In this document: positions 11,296 to 25,189 of the stretch, piece by piece
Layout: the number at the start of each line of letters is the position of its first letter
How positions within the stretch are numbered: position 1 is the stretch's first letter
Assembly: GCA_977017645.1 (NCBI GenBank)
Contig: OZ360220.1
Span: 153,822,001 to 153,886,000 of the forward strand
DNA: 64,000 nt
Direction of reading: 5' to 3'
Source: Torpedo marmorata
Lineage: Eukaryota
Program-made: the position numbers and the translations under genes
Notes under the pieces: model-generated
What the model was told of the DNA's origin: nothing
Databases searched by the model: none
The model's input: the letters and a program-made list of their open reading frames with translations, nothing else

Positions 11296-12746
11296 TTCCA
11301 GACGGAGAGGCCACACGACCCTCCACAATCCAGCTTCCAGACGGAGAGGCCACATGACCCTCCACAATCCACCTTCCCACCAAGTTCCAGGCAGAGAGGC
11401 CACATGACCCTCCACAATCCACCTTCCCACCAAGTTCCAGGCAGAGATGCCACATGACCCTCCACAATCCACATTCCCACCAAGTTCCAGACGGAGAGGC
11501 CACACGACCCTCCACAACCAACATTCCCACCAAGTTCCAGACGGAGAGGCCACATGACCCTCCACAATCCACCTTCCCACTAGGTTCCAGACGTAGAGGC
11601 CACATGACCCTCCACAACCAACATTCCCACCAAGTTCCAGACGGAGAGGCCACATGACCCTCCACAATCCACCTTCCCACTAGGTTCCAGACGTAGAGGC
11701 CACATGACCCTCCACAACCAACATTCCCACCAAGTTCCAGACGGAGAGGCCACATGACCCTCCACAATCCACCTTCCCACTAGGTTCCAGACGTAGAGGC
11801 CACATGACCCTCCACAACCAACATTCCCACCAAGTTCCAGGCGGAGAGGCCACACGACCCTCCACAACCAACATTCCCACCAAGTTCCAGACGGAGAGGC
11901 CACATGACCCTCCACAATCCACCTTCCCACCAAGTTCCAGACGGAGAGGCCACATGACCCTCCACAATCCACCTTCCCACTAGGTTCCAGACGGAGAGGC
12001 CACACGACCCTCCACAACCAACATTCCCACCAAGTTCCAGACGGAGAGGCTACACGACCCTCCACAACCAACATTCCCACCAAGTTCCAGACGGAGAGGC
12101 CACATGACCCTCCACAATCCACCTTCCCACTAGGTTCCAGACGGAGAGGCCACACGACCCTCCACAACCAACATTCCCACCAAGTTCCAGACAGAGAGGC
12201 CACATGACCCTCCACAATCCACCTTCCCACCAAGTTCCAGACAGAGAGGCCACATGACCCTCCACAATCCACCTTCCCACCAAGTTCCAGACGGAGAGGC
12301 CACATGACCCTCCACAATCCATCTTCCCACCAAGTTCCAGACGGAGAGGCCACATGACCCTCCACAATCCACATTCCCACCAAGTTCCAGACAGAGAGGC
12401 CACATGACCCTCCACAATCCACACTCCCACCAAGTTCCAGACGGAGAGGCCACATGACCCTCCACAATCCACCTTCCCACCAAGTTCCAGACAGAGAGAC
12501 CACATGACAATCCACATTCCCACCAAGTTCCAGACAGAGAGGCCACATGACCCTCCACATTCCCACCAAGTTCCAGACGGAGAGGCCACATGACCCTCCA
12601 CAATCCACCTTCCCACCAAGTTCCAGACGGAGAGGCCACATGACAATCCACATTCCCACCAAGTTCCAGACGGAGAGGCCACATGACAATCCACATTCCC
12701 ACCAAGTTCCAGACGGAGAGGCCACATGTCCCTCCACAATCCACAC
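11296..12746. repeat. 50-bp minisatellite, about 29 units
   Basis: Unit cacatgaccctccacaatccaccttcccaccaagttccagacggagaggc, with sequence variants and shorter units at the 3' end. Confidence 0.97.
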
Positions 12747-12748
12747 TA

Positions 12749-14497
12749 CAGAAGGTAGGGCCACTTAAAGATAAAGGAGGCAACATGTGCCTAGAGGTGG
12801 AGGAAGTTGGGGAGGTCCTAAATGAATACTTTGCTTCTGTATTCGCCAGAGAAAAGAACCTTGAAGGTGAGGTCAGAATAGAACAAGCTTATGTGCTGGA
12901 GCATGTTGAGATTAAGAAAGAGGAAGTGCTGGATCTTCTTAAAAACATTAGGATTGATAAGTCCCTGGGTCCGGACAAGATATACCCAAGGTTGTTATGG
13001 AAAGGGAGGGAAGACATTGCTGGGGCTCTGACAATGATATTTGCATCCTCCCTGACCACAGGGGAGGTGCCGGAGGATTGGAGAATGCCAAATGTGGTCC
13101 CCTTGTTTAAAAAAGGTAATAGGAAGAATCTTGGGAATTATAGACCAGTGAGTCTTGCATCAGTGGTGAGCAAACTTTTGGAGAGGTTTCTTAAGGACAG
13201 GATTTATGAGCATTTAGAGAAGTGCAGTCTTCTCGGAGATAGTCAACATGGCTTTGTGAGGGAAAGGTTGTGCCCCACGAGCCTAATTGAGTTTTTTGAG
13301 GAGGTAACAAAATAAATTTATGAAGGTAGGGTTGTAGATGTGGTATATATGGATTTTAGTAAGGCATTTTAAAAAGTCCTCCATGAGAGACTCGTTCAGA
13401 AAGTCATGAGCATTGGATCCATGGAACCTTGGCTGTGTGAATTCAGAATTGGCGTGCCTGTAGAAAGCAGAGAGTAGTAGTGGACAGGAAGTATTCTGCC
13501 TGGAAATCAGTGACTTGTGGAGATCTGCAGGGATCTGTTCCGGGACCCCTGCTCTTTGTGATTTTTATAAATGACCTGGACGAAGATGTACAGGGATGGG
13601 TAAGCAAGTTTGCAGATGATACGAAGGTTGGAGGAGTTGTGGATAGTGTTGAAGGTTGTCGTAGGTTACAACAAGATATTGACAGGGTGCAGAGTTGGGC
13701 GGAAAAGTGGCAAATGGAGTTCAATCCGGATAAGTGTGAGGTGATGCATTTTGGAAGGTCAAACTTGACAGCAGAGTACATAGTTAATGGTAGGATACTT
13801 AACAGTGTGAAAGAGCAGAGGGACCTTGGGGTCCAAATCTATAGATCTCTCCAGGTCACTGCGCAGGTTGATAGGACAGTTAAGAAGGCCTTTGGTATGC
13901 TGGGCTTCATTAGTCAGGGGATTGAGTTCAGGAGTCGTGAGGTAATGTTGCAGCTCTATAAATCTCTGGTGAGACCACAATTAGAATATTGTGTTCAGTT
14001 CTGGTCACCTCATTATAGGAAGGATGTGGAAACTATGGAGAGGGTGCAGAGGAGATTTACCAGGATGTTGCCTGAATTGTAAAATATGTCTTATGAGGCA
14101 AGATTAGCAGAGCTAGGGCTTTTCTCTGTGGAGTGAAGAAGGATGAGAGGTGACTTGATAAAGGTTTACAAGATTATGAGAGGCATAGATAAGGTAGACA
14201 GCCAGCACCTTTTTCCCAGGGCGGGAGTAGCAAACACCAGAGGATATATGTACAAAGTGAAGAGAGGAAAGTTTAGGGGAGACATCGGGTAAGTTTTTTT
14301 TACACAGAGTTGTGGGTGCCTGGAATGCATTGTCAGGAGAGGTGGTGGAGGCTGGAACAATAGGGGCATTTAAGAGACTGTAGATGAAAGAAAAATAGAG
14401 GGTTATGAGGTAGGGAGAGTTTAGTTTTTTTGGGGTATATATAGGTCGGCACAACATTGTGGGCCGTTGGGTCTGTACTGTGCTGTAATGTTCTAAG
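12749..14497 (+). mobile_element. CR1 LINE, 5'-truncated RT, disrupted
   Basis: ORFs 12683-13315 and 13480-14082 (NYRPVSL, QHGF, KFADDTK, RPQLEYCVQFWSP); stops and frameshifts; tail ctgtactgtgctgtaatgttcta. Confidence 0.95.
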
Positions 14498-15284
14498 TTT
14501 TATTACCAAATTAATGATTCTTTATAAATTTGTTCTTATACTGTCATTCATGAATATCATACCTAGTAACAATAGAATCTGAAATGCTTTGAGGAAATTT
14601 GAAAATAATTGAAGGCATAAAAGGAAATTAAATAGTTAACTTCAATGTTGAGATGGCTTTGGCTTTATCACAATTGGTTTAAAGGATGAAATTTCTAAAT
14701 ATTGTTCTTTCAATGGTATGGACAATTTTTATTTGTATGATATTTGACTTGAATGCTTAGCTCCTATGAAATTCTTGTTTCATTATGTTGGTGAGAACTT
14801 GCTACCATTCAAACATGCAATATTGTGCAAGGCCTTTTTTGCCAGTTGCTATTAGTTTGCTTCTTGGAGAATTTTTTGGTCCCTCTGCATCTGGAAGCTG
14901 TCAGAACAGAGAGCTTGAAAAGGTCATTCCTTATCACTGAAGATAAATGATAAGAGGGGAGTGGAGCTGTTAGGTGAAACGAATGGTTCAACTTGTTCAG
15001 TTCTGATGGGACTGACCTGTGAGTACTGCTTTCAGGGGTTAATGCACCTTTCAATGTGCTTATAAATGAGAGTTTTCAGTCATATTTTAATTCTGTGCTT
15101 TATGGAAGGTACAGTCTGCCTTTTGGTGAATGTAGAAATGTTGGAGGATTCCTGATGAAAGATGATGTGCACAATGAAATTAATGGACAGGAAAATCTTT
15201 CACTGGACTTTTTACTTCAATATGCACTTTATTTCAAATAAGTAAATATCTCTGAAACAAATATCCTCTCACTAAAGAAAGTCG

Positions 15285-15440
15285 AGTGGAATAAAACACG
15301 AAAGTCTGCAGACATAGTGATTGAAGTAAAAACACAATGCTTGAGAAGGGCTCAAGCCCGAAACATTGGTTATGTATCTTTATCTTTGCTATATAAAGTA
15401 CACTTTGACCTGAATTTCTCCACCATTGTGTTTTTAACCT
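15285..15440 (+). mobile_element. Penelope-terminus-derived element with hammerhead remnant
   Basis: aagggctcaagcccgaaacattggttatgta matches 53050-53080; inverted arms gtaaaaacacaatg / cattgtgttttta. Confidence 0.75.
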
Positions 15441-18400
15441 CTCACTAAACACAACTTAGTTTAGACACATTGCTGATTTGGTTCACCTGCCCAAGGTAGT
15501 TTCAGACTTGAACTTGGGTCCCCTGCATCTATCCCAATCCAGGCATTCCAGAAAATCATGGCAACATCTGGACACCAGTGGGGCCCCTTGTGAAAGGGCC
15601 CGAGCTGCCTGAAAGCTTTGCTAACCTGCTAAGACACAAACCACCATTGACAGCGATAAAATCTTCGTGGTTTTTACAAGTTTTTCAATATTTTCAGAAA
15701 GATCTCAAAGCCATTAAAATTAAAGAGAATGTGAAAAAAATTAGTTAGCTAAACATAATTTGAGTAAAATCAAACTAAACAATAATTAGCCCTCCAATCT
15801 CCATTTGAAGAAGTCAGTATCTTTGGCACAGGATCTCAAAGGTAATTTCCACCAGCATGGTGTTCAAATCTCAGCAAGACTCAGCTCCATGGGGCCCAGT
15901 GGTCGAAGGAACTGGCAGCATTTTGAATTCTGACAGACTTCAGCAAATGACGGTACACATGCATGATTCCTGGGCTGCATGTGGTTTAAATGGCAGTAGT
16001 GTGGGACATCCTACCCTTCTCTCCCATCAATGTATTGGCAAATCTGTATACCATTGTATGTCTGTGATTTGTATCTATTGCCAATAACCACCTAAGTTAT
16101 AATTCCAGAGCAATGATACTTGCAGATTAATGTGGCTGAAATGTTAAATACTGTTTTTATTATAATGCCAAATGATAAAATGTATCATTGGTTAAAGAGT
16201 GTCGTTCCAAAATGAAAGCAGAGTAGGCAAAGAATTTACAGATTCCTCCCAGATAATTTTCAGTATTTGCAGGCTTGGAGCCGTGATAAACCTGGATAAA
16301 CATAATCATTTGGTTACAAGGAGTGGTCACAACCATAAATTCTATGTACAGTTTCATAAAGTAGAAGATCATGGTTTAATGCCCCACCTCAATCTCGGAT
16401 GTATTTCACTATGGTGCGAAGGTGGGTCTACCATATTCAGGGTGCATTTCTCAGATACAATTTTAACCCTTGGCCCACCTGCCCTTATGATTATAAAAAA
16501 AGGATCATGTGCAGTTTTGAAGAACATGAAAATTTTCCTGGTGCATGGTTTGTGCTTATTTCTCTCCAAAGGTTGTTAGAACGTCTTCAGTATCATTATG
16601 CTTTGTTGTTTCTTTGTATGTACAAACTAGCTGCCATACTTGCTGAGAAAGTAAGATTGGCTGCAATGAAACAGTTTTAAACATACACACCTGAAAATTA
16701 TTTAAATCCAAGTTTTTGTAGTATCAGCACAAAACAACTGCCTGAATATTTTATCTCATTGTACATTTATTGGAAACTCAAACATTAACTTCCATCATGT
16801 GCTTTGTGTACCTCAAATTAGCTTCCCAGTCCCACAGAGGCTGCTAATTGTATATAGTGACTTTACATCACTTACAGTTCAAATTTAGATGTCATGTTTG
16901 GGAAAAAAGAGTAGAGGGGGTGGGGGGGAGAAGCTGAGAAGGGGCTGATAGGATATTGGACAGGAGGGAGAGACCACTGGAAGGAGGGGGAATGGTTAGA
17001 GATGCAAGTAAAATTGGGGTAGGAAAGAAACAAAATAGAAACAGTGGAATCAGAGAGGCAGGGTTACCTGAAATTGTGTGTGTGGGGGGGGGGGCCTAAC
17101 ATTATACAAACACCATTACCCTCCATTTCAGTCATCTTCCTCATCTCTGCATCCAGTTCAGCTTCAGTTCCCACCATCATCCAGTTCCTTCCCTAACACC
17201 TCCTGTCTTGCACTCTGAAATCCAAAACATAATTGTCTTCTGCTGTCTTTGCAAAACCAGGAGATTATGGTAGAAAGGCCTTGGAGCTCACAATCCAAGT
17301 CCTGCTGTAGCCAGCACATGTCCTGTTCCTCAAGAACAACAGAACTGCTGCTCTCACAAAATTGACAAGGGTCCACTGCACATCACTGTCTTAATGCACC
17401 TTTCCCAGGAGCAGTGTTATTTCAAAATGTCCTTCTGCTTAATTTCCTCATTGAGGTGGTAAAATATTGATGATAATAGCGAGTTTTGTGTGACAAAGGA
17501 GAAAACAATCTTAGAATGAACTGTGGAAAGTGGAGAATCCTTCACTTGCCAGGTAATGCTTTATATTCCTGTGACAATGTCTGTTTGAAGTTTGTAAGTA
17601 CCTTGGATGACAACCTTTTAGGTAAAAAAAAAACATGCAAACTGTTATGCATGCTTTGCTGAGAAAAAAATTACCTGTAGTTTGGCAAACTTCCAGTACA
17701 TCAGTTAAATTTAATTAACACAAGGCAAAGTATTTTTATCTCCCATAAATATGGGTGTTAATTGTGTATAGCAAAAATTGACAAGATCTAAATGTTCCAG
17801 AAGTGTGCCATTTTATTGCTGACTGCACCAAAATGCTAACGCTAGCTCGACTTGTAAATTACAGTTGCAAACATCTCAGATGTTTGCTATGTTAAGATGC
17901 AGAATGATTTGGATCCATTTATTGCTTCATTTTTCACCATTTTGTACATCTTTAATTGAACACTACATTTTTCAAGATGGGAAGAGGAGTGACCTACTCG
18001 TACATTTATTTTTGCAAAAAGCATTGGAAGTTGAGCTTTAAATCTGTTCGTTGTGCAGTCTTTAAAATTAGAAATAGCTTCATTATCCTCATTCTTCTTC
18101 CCCTCTTCCACCCCCACCCTCAAAACATTACCAAGCTCGAATGGGTAAAAACAAGCTGTGGCGGAGTAGCCTTTGCTGAAAAGATTGATGCAATAGGGAA
18201 TGACCTTGGCTTGGAGCAGGAGCTAGTGATGTATGTACGAGCATCTCGCTGCTAAATGGACCCAGATTTGTAGCACTAATATACATGGAAGCCCAGAACC
18301 AAACTCAGGATGGCAATAAATCAACAGCCACTTTAGGTGTCATTTCTGGTTTATATTCTGGTATTGTTCTATCAGTTTAATTCATGTCACTATCATCTGT

Positions 18401-19599
18401 TCATCTGGAACAGTTTTATATAATTTTCCAGTGGAGTTACCTGACAAATCCCATCAAATTAACAAGGTACATTAACAATATTGACTGCTTCTGTGGTTTC
18501 TGGAGCTTTTGGACCATGGAATAAATTTTAGATGTATTCCCTTTTTAGACAGCAAATTTTCAGGGGCTTTGTCAAGTGGAAACAATTGTTTATATTTTTT
18601 TCTTTGATAGATTACAGCAAGTTTAAAAATGTTTTTTTGAGAGTATTTTTTTCATGATATCTGATTTGTAACCGCTTGAAAAAAGTATCACTACCAAGAG
18701 TTTATTAACATGTACACATTCTGTTGACTTTAATTAGTGTTTTTATTGAGATTATCTTATTTTTAATCTTTTAGTGATCGGATACTCTGGGCTTGCACAT
18801 CCTGTTTATTAATGCTGTCTTTCGCGTTTAAAGAATATTACAATCATAAAAATATTGTTGTCTTTCCTCTGTTTGTTTAATGGCATCATCCTGCTGATGT
18901 TCTTTACATTATTAAAAGGGATCTTTGAAGAGTTGGGAAGCTATTCATTAATTGATGACTTCATGCTTACAAAATATTCTGTTAAGTGGGAGTGGAAATT
19001 GTTTAAATAATACCAAACCAAATTATATCTGCTCCTGAGATTATAGAACTAATCACCAGATAGTTCACGCCATGAATTATTTTAGAAAACAGTAACTGCT
19101 GTGTTGGCAGCATTTATTAAAATAAGTTGACCAGCTATGGTCAGGCAAACAGTTACATTTGTGCGGAAGTAAATGTGTCTATTTGCAAGTGTCTGCACCA
19201 CATTGAGTTTATCTGTACGCTAAAAGGAGTACTATCTCCAGCAGTCGTAGAATAAGACTCGCTTTCACAAGTTACATTAGTGGCATAGATTCCCCAATGA
19301 AACAGATTTTTGAATATTCAAGTAGGTTATTAGAGCATTCAGATGGTTTCATTATTTTTGACTCTTTTGTCTGTACTAAAATGAGCTTTAATACACCTGT
19401 TCAACTCTGAATTACCAGTCTTGTTGAAACAATGGGTTGATATTCATTACGGTATCAATCTCCCAAAGGAGCTGGCTTCCTGCCATACTGAAATTTCTCA
19501 GCAGAGATGACATTTTATTTCCTATGCCATCACAGCCTCTAATATCTCAATTCAATTATAAAATTTTATTTCTGAAGCTTGGATGAAAATGTTTCTTAA

Positions 19600-19810
19600 G
19601 TAAAATGCTGGAAGCACTCAGCACTTCAGACAGCATCCCAGGAAAGAGAAACAGTTAACAGTTCAGGTTAAAGACCCATTGGCAAAACTAGGAAGGAAAT
19701 AAAACATGAGTATTGTTCACTGTTCCTCTTTCCACAGATGCTGCTTTACTTGCTGAAGGTTTCCACCACTTTCTGTTTTTATTTCAGATTTCCGGCATCT
19801 GCAGATTTTT
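19600..19810. mobile_element. Older Penelope-terminus-derived fold-back element
   Basis: aaatgctggaagcactcagc ... ttgctgaaggtttccacc...cagattccggcatctgcag; related pieces near 5030-5150, 9445-9515, 31780-31860, 45380-45470, 54750-54910 and 57810-57990. Confidence 0.55.
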
Positions 19811-20490
19811 AAAATTTGCATTTGTTTGGTTCATTTTGTAGCAAGCACACCTTTATCTATATTGGAAAGCTGTGAGTTCTATTAAATTTGGAGTCTTGAT
19901 CTGCAATGGTTGAATGACTACCAGAAAAGTGCTAATTGGTTGGGACATTGTCAAATGATAAGTTAAACTACCTACTGGAATGGAAGTTAAACACCCCATT
20001 TTTCAGATGAACATGTAGAATTCTCTGTGTTCTGGGCAGTATCCACTCTTTGTTCAAAACAAATGGATAAACATTACTTGATTAGTTCATTGTTGCAGTA
20101 ACCAACTGTGATCTCATAAACGGCAGCTATATCTTTTTGATCCAATTCAAAGTCAGAAATTAAGCCAGTTGCATGTTCAAGTTTACTGAAAACATTTTAT
20201 TCTATTGACACTCTTGCAAATAATTTGTTGTTGATGTTTTTGTCAACATATTTTCTCCATCAAATTCTTTTTTTCTTTTTCTTTTCTTTTTTTTATGCTT
20301 ATAGATATTTGTGATATAAATGCATATTTTGTAAGGGGGGAGGGGGAGAAGGGATGGGGTAAAATTGTATTATTAAAAAATTAAAATAAAATATTCAACA
20401 AAAAAAAAGATTCCCCAAAGTGCAATCTAATGCTTTTATAAATTGAATACTGGTATTCAAAATATTTTCCAGATTTTGAAGTCAGCACTA

Positions 20491-22324
20491 CCGTATATTT
20501 CAGCGTATAAGTCGAGTCTTGAAAACCTCAAAAATCTCTCAAAAAACGGGGGTCGACTTATACGCCGGATATACTTTTGAGACCTTAAAATCAGCTCAAA
20601 AACCACTCCACGCCGATTCGGCGTATAAATCGACCCTTGAAAACACGATTCGGCGTATGTCCACCCTTGAAAAACCAAAAAAAAACCCGACTGCAACAAA
20701 TTTTCATTGACATTTTTATTGAAAACAACAAGACATTTAGAACCCTTCAAAATCACTTTCGCTATCATCGTCTGAGGCAAAGATCTCGGCAAGCACATCC
20801 GGGGTCTCACTGTTTAAACAGTCATTGTACGGGTCCCAGTCTGTATCTGATGAGGCGGCTTCACCTTCGTCGTCAGTGTCCCACAATAAATCATCTTCTG
20901 TACAATCAATTGCACAAGAGATACCGCACTTTTTAAACGATTTTATTACAGTCTCTTCTTTCACTTTGTCCCATGCCTTGAGCACGAAGTCACACAGCAC
21001 ATCAAGCAATGCAACACACATTGCCCCACCTTTTGTAAATGATTTTTCTGCACTCGTCATCCATGTATTCTACTCTTCACGCACATGGTCTTTGAATGGC
21101 TTGTTCAAGCAGACATCGAGAGGTTGCAATATAGACGTCAAACCCCCGGGATAACCGCCATGTAAGTATTATGTTGTGCTAATCTACTTTTAGTCTTCTC
21201 AGTTAAGTGGCTACGAAACATATCCCAGACCAGCAAACTCCGTTCCTTGCATAAACCGCCTGGCTGCCTGTTCCACACATTGTCTATCCATAGTCTTACA
21301 CCATTTTCATCCATCCATCCTTTTTCATGAAAATGTACAAAAATACCCGCAGGGAATTTTATTTTAGGTTTAAATTTACGTTTGAAGATTACCATGGGTC
21401 TTAACTTTGTCCCGACGGCCATGCACGATAACACCACAGTAAACCTGGTCCTTTCATGGCCTGTACTCCTGGTTTGCACAGTTTTCACACCTTTCCATTC
21501 CACTGTTCTATTGCCTATCATGTCAAAATTCATGGGGGTTTCGTCCATGTTTCCAATATTTGCCAATGCAAACTTGTGTTTCTGCCGGTTACGTAAAATA
21601 AACTGGTTAAAACTTACAACTTTATGATCAAGATCTTTTGGTAGTTTCTGAGCAATTTTTGTTTTTTTGTCGTAATACCAGATTTTTCCTGTTCATGAAA
21701 CGGTTGCACCAGCCTACTGTAGCTTCAAAATCATTACTGAGTTCTGGGTGCGACTTTGCCCACTTCAGTGCAAATGTTCTTATTTTATTTCGGGTGACAA
21801 TGTAGCAATCTTGCCTCTGTTCACGTACCCATGCTGCAACATGATTTTCTAACTCTGGCCAACGCGTGATTCCTCTTCTCATCGAACATTGCCTTTTTGG
21901 TATTTTTCTTAAAGTCTCTTCTTTCTTCCTCCAATCTCTTACCAACTTCTCATATATATCAAATTTTCTTGCAGCAGCACAGTTGTTGGTTTTCTTGGCC
22001 ATTTCTATCACTTTTAATTTAAAACTCGCCTCATACTTTTGTCGTTTCAATGGAGCCTCCATGATAACAATCATCTCCAGCCAACGCCTAGCAGCTCAAT
22101 CAGCGCGATCGTTGTGGGTCGACCTATATGCCGGTCAACGCCCTGTAGCGCAATCATCGCGATTTTTTGGGGTCGACTTAAACGCCGGTCAACGCTCAGC
22201 ATCTCAGGCATCGTGATTTTTGGGGGTCGACTTATACGCTGGATATACAATAAAACCATTAAAATTAGGCTGAAAAAGGGGGGTCGACTTATCCGCGAGT
22301 CAACTTATACGCTGAAATATACGG
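20491..22324 (-). mobile_element. pogo-superfamily DD35D (Passer/Tc2-like) DNA transposon, full length, transposase disrupted
   Basis: TA target duplication; TIRs CCGTATATTTCAGCGTATAAGT / acttatacgctgaaatatacgg. ORF pieces 22074-21628 (HTH), 21566-21138 (NMDET, VWD) and 21060-20737 (acidic tail); QPLD gives 35-aa D-D spacing. Confidence 0.93.
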
Positions 22325-22849
22325 TAATTTATTTCACTGTAGTCATGATAACATCACTGATGTTTACTGATTACCTGGACACTATTCGGAAACGGATAGC
22401 AGCTTGGAGATTAACCTGGGGCATCAAGTTTCCTTTTCATGCTGCAAAGTCTAAAAATCTTGTACTTGGTTACTTGTTTTCAAGTGAGTTTTTAATAGTG
22501 TTACTAAGCAATAAACACTGCTTAGTAAGTTAACAAGCCCTTGAACAAACTACATTTATATCTGACGAAATTCCCATTAGAGATTTTAAATACAAGGAAT
22601 TTGTGGTATTCCTACCTTTTTAATCACTTTCAATTTTCTCAGTGCCCTCCTGAAAAACTTCTTGGACTGCTATCTTTGCAATAATAATGAAAGATCTTCA
22701 TGATTGGCTGCATACCCAGGTTGATGATATCACAGCTGCTTAATGCCAGGGATCCCATTGAATTGATGCCAACAACTCAACAGTCAAATGAAAGCCTTCT
22801 CTGTAAAAATAGTTCAATCTTTGAGTTTCTTGATATATGTTGCAACTGA

Positions 22850-24980
22850 TGTTTTGAGAGGTTGGTCATGGGCAGAATTAAATTGCACCTAAGCAAAAAC
22901 CTGGACCCACTGCAATTCACCTATCGCCACAATCGTTCCACAGCAGATGCTCACTGGCTCTCCACTCAGCCTTGGATCACCTGGACAACAGCGATTTGTA
23001 CATCAGGCTGCTTTTCATTGATTATAGCTCAGATTTCAACACCATCATCCCCTCAGTATTTGTTAGCAAGCTTCAAAACCTGGGCCTCTACACCTCCCTC
23101 TGTAACTGTATCCTTGGCTTCCTCATTGGAAGACCATAGTGAGTGCAGGTCGGTAACAGCATCTCCTCCTCACTGACAATCAACACAGGTACACCTCAAG
23201 GATGTGTGCTTAGCCCACTGCTCTACTCTCTCTGCATCCATGCTGCAGCTAGGCACAAATCAAATGCCATCTAAAAATTTGCCCAAGACTCCACGGTTGT
23301 CGGTAGAATCACAGACTGCAATGAGGAAGCATACAGGAGTGAGATAGATCAGCTTGTTGAGTGGTATCACAACAACAACGTTGCACTCAACGTTAGCAAA
23401 CCTAAGGAATTGATTGTGGACGTCAGGAAGGGGAAGCCAGGAGAACACGAAGTAAATCACGAAAATCTGTAGACACCGTGGTTGAAGCTCAGCAGGTCAA
23501 ACAGTGTCCTTTATGTAGCAAAGGTAGAAATACATAACCGACGTTTCGGGCTTGAGCCATTCATCAAAGTATGAGAAAATGGCGGCAGGCGTCCGAACAA
23601 AAGAGTGGGGGGGGGGAAGGGGGGTGGCAAAGGCAGGAGATGATAGGTGGAGAAAGGAGAGAGGGGACAGCAGCAATGAGGGGGAGGAGGGATGGCTGGG
23701 TGGGTGGAAGGACAGGGAAGGGGGAGGGGAAGGAAAAGGCAAGCAGGTTTAGTGGAAAGCAGAAAAGTCAATGTTAATGCCATCTGGCTGGAGAGTGCCC
23801 AGACAGAAAATAAGGTGTTGTTCCTCCAATTTGCGGGTTGTCTGGGTGGGATAGTGCATAAGGCCATGGACAGACATGTGAGTGTGGGAGTGTGACTCGG
23901 AATTGAAATGGTTGGCTACTGGGAGGTCGCTGTTGTTGCGGATGGAGAGGAGGTGCTCAGTGAAGCGATCTCCCAATCTACGACCGGTCTCACCGATGTA
24001 GAGAATGCCACAAAGGAGACACCGGATGCAGTAAATAAGTTCTTTGGATGTACAAGTGAAGTGTTGCTTCACTTGAAAGGCCTGTTTGGGGCCCCGGACC
24101 GTGGTGAGGGAGGAGGTGTGGGCGCAATTTTTGCACCTCCTGCGGGCGCAGTGGAAGGTACCGGGGGTGCGATGGGTGGGGAGCAATGAGTGCACGAGGG
24201 AATCGCGGAGGGAGCGGTCCCTGCGGAAGGCCGAGAGGGGAGGAGAAGGAAAAATGTGTCTGGTGGTGGGATCCTGTAGTAAGTGCCGGAAATTCCGGCA
24301 GATAATGGATGGAACACGAAGTCCTCATCAAGGGGTCAGTAGTGGAGAGGCTAAGGAACTTCAAATTCCTGGGTGTCAACATCTCTGAAGATCTATCTTG
24401 GGACCATCATGTCGATGCAATCATGAAGAAGGCTCACCAGCGGCTATATTTCATTAGGAGCTTGAGGACACTTGATATGTCACCAAAGACTTGCAGATTT
24501 CTACAGGTGTACCGTGGAGAGCATTCTGACTGGTTGCATCTGGAGGTGCCAATGCACAGGACAGGAAAAGGCTACAGAGATTTGTAAACTCGGCCAGCGC
24601 CCTCATGGGCGTTGGTCTTCACTCCATTAAGGACATCTACAAGAGGCGGTGCCTCAAGAAAGCAGCCTCTACCATCAAGGACCCTCACCACCCAGGCCAT
24701 GCCCTTTTCTCACTGCTACCATCAGGAAGGAGTTACAGGAGCGTGAAGACGCACACCAACATTAAAAAAGCAGCTTCTTCCCCTCAACAGATTTCTGAAC
24801 GGACATGAACCTATAGACACTACCTCACTTTTTTCTCTTTTTGCACTAATTATTTATTTTTAAATATTGCATTTACGGATCTGTAATTTATAGCAATTTT
24901 ACACCTGTAATGCACAATACTGCTGCTGCAAAACAACAAATTTCATGGCACGTGTTCATGACCTTAAATCTAATTCTGAA
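22850..24980 (+). mobile_element. Rex1-like LINE RT fragment interrupted by a Penelope insertion
   Basis: LDPLQFTYRHNRST (22862 ORF) and PQGCVLSP; resumes at 24312 with FKFLGVNIS; 3' tail near 24960-24980. Confidence 0.88.
23454..24311 (-). mobile_element. Penelope-like element, 5'-truncated (GIY-YIG endonuclease plus terminal repeat)
   Basis: ORF 23749-24195 (LIYCIRC..CGILYIGETGRRLGDRFTEH...PVANHF...PDGIN); near-identical to 52300-53120 on the + strand. Confidence 0.92.
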
Positions 24981-25189
24981 CTGTCTGGGTCATCTGTTAT
25001 TCAGTGTCACTTGTTTGGTTTAAAGTGAAAGAAAATGCATTTAACTTGCCATAAAACATTTTCTAAATTTTTTTTTTATTCTCCAGTAATTAGATTTCTG
25101 GATTTAGCCACATATGGGGATCTAATGTAGCATTAAAAGATTTATTTCATCTTTTTTTAAAGTCACTTAACAAGAGCTTATTGGACCAC

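Noticed and set aside
11263-12786. Many long overlapping ORFs (up to 394 aa) and a CRISPR-like periodic look
   Set aside because: They are products of a 50-bp tandem repeat. There are no unique spacers and no cas genes, and the context is eukaryotic.
23749-24195. Stand-alone GIY-YIG nuclease gene
   Set aside because: It is the C-terminal domain of a truncated Penelope element; the longer copy at 51760-53146 links it to RT.
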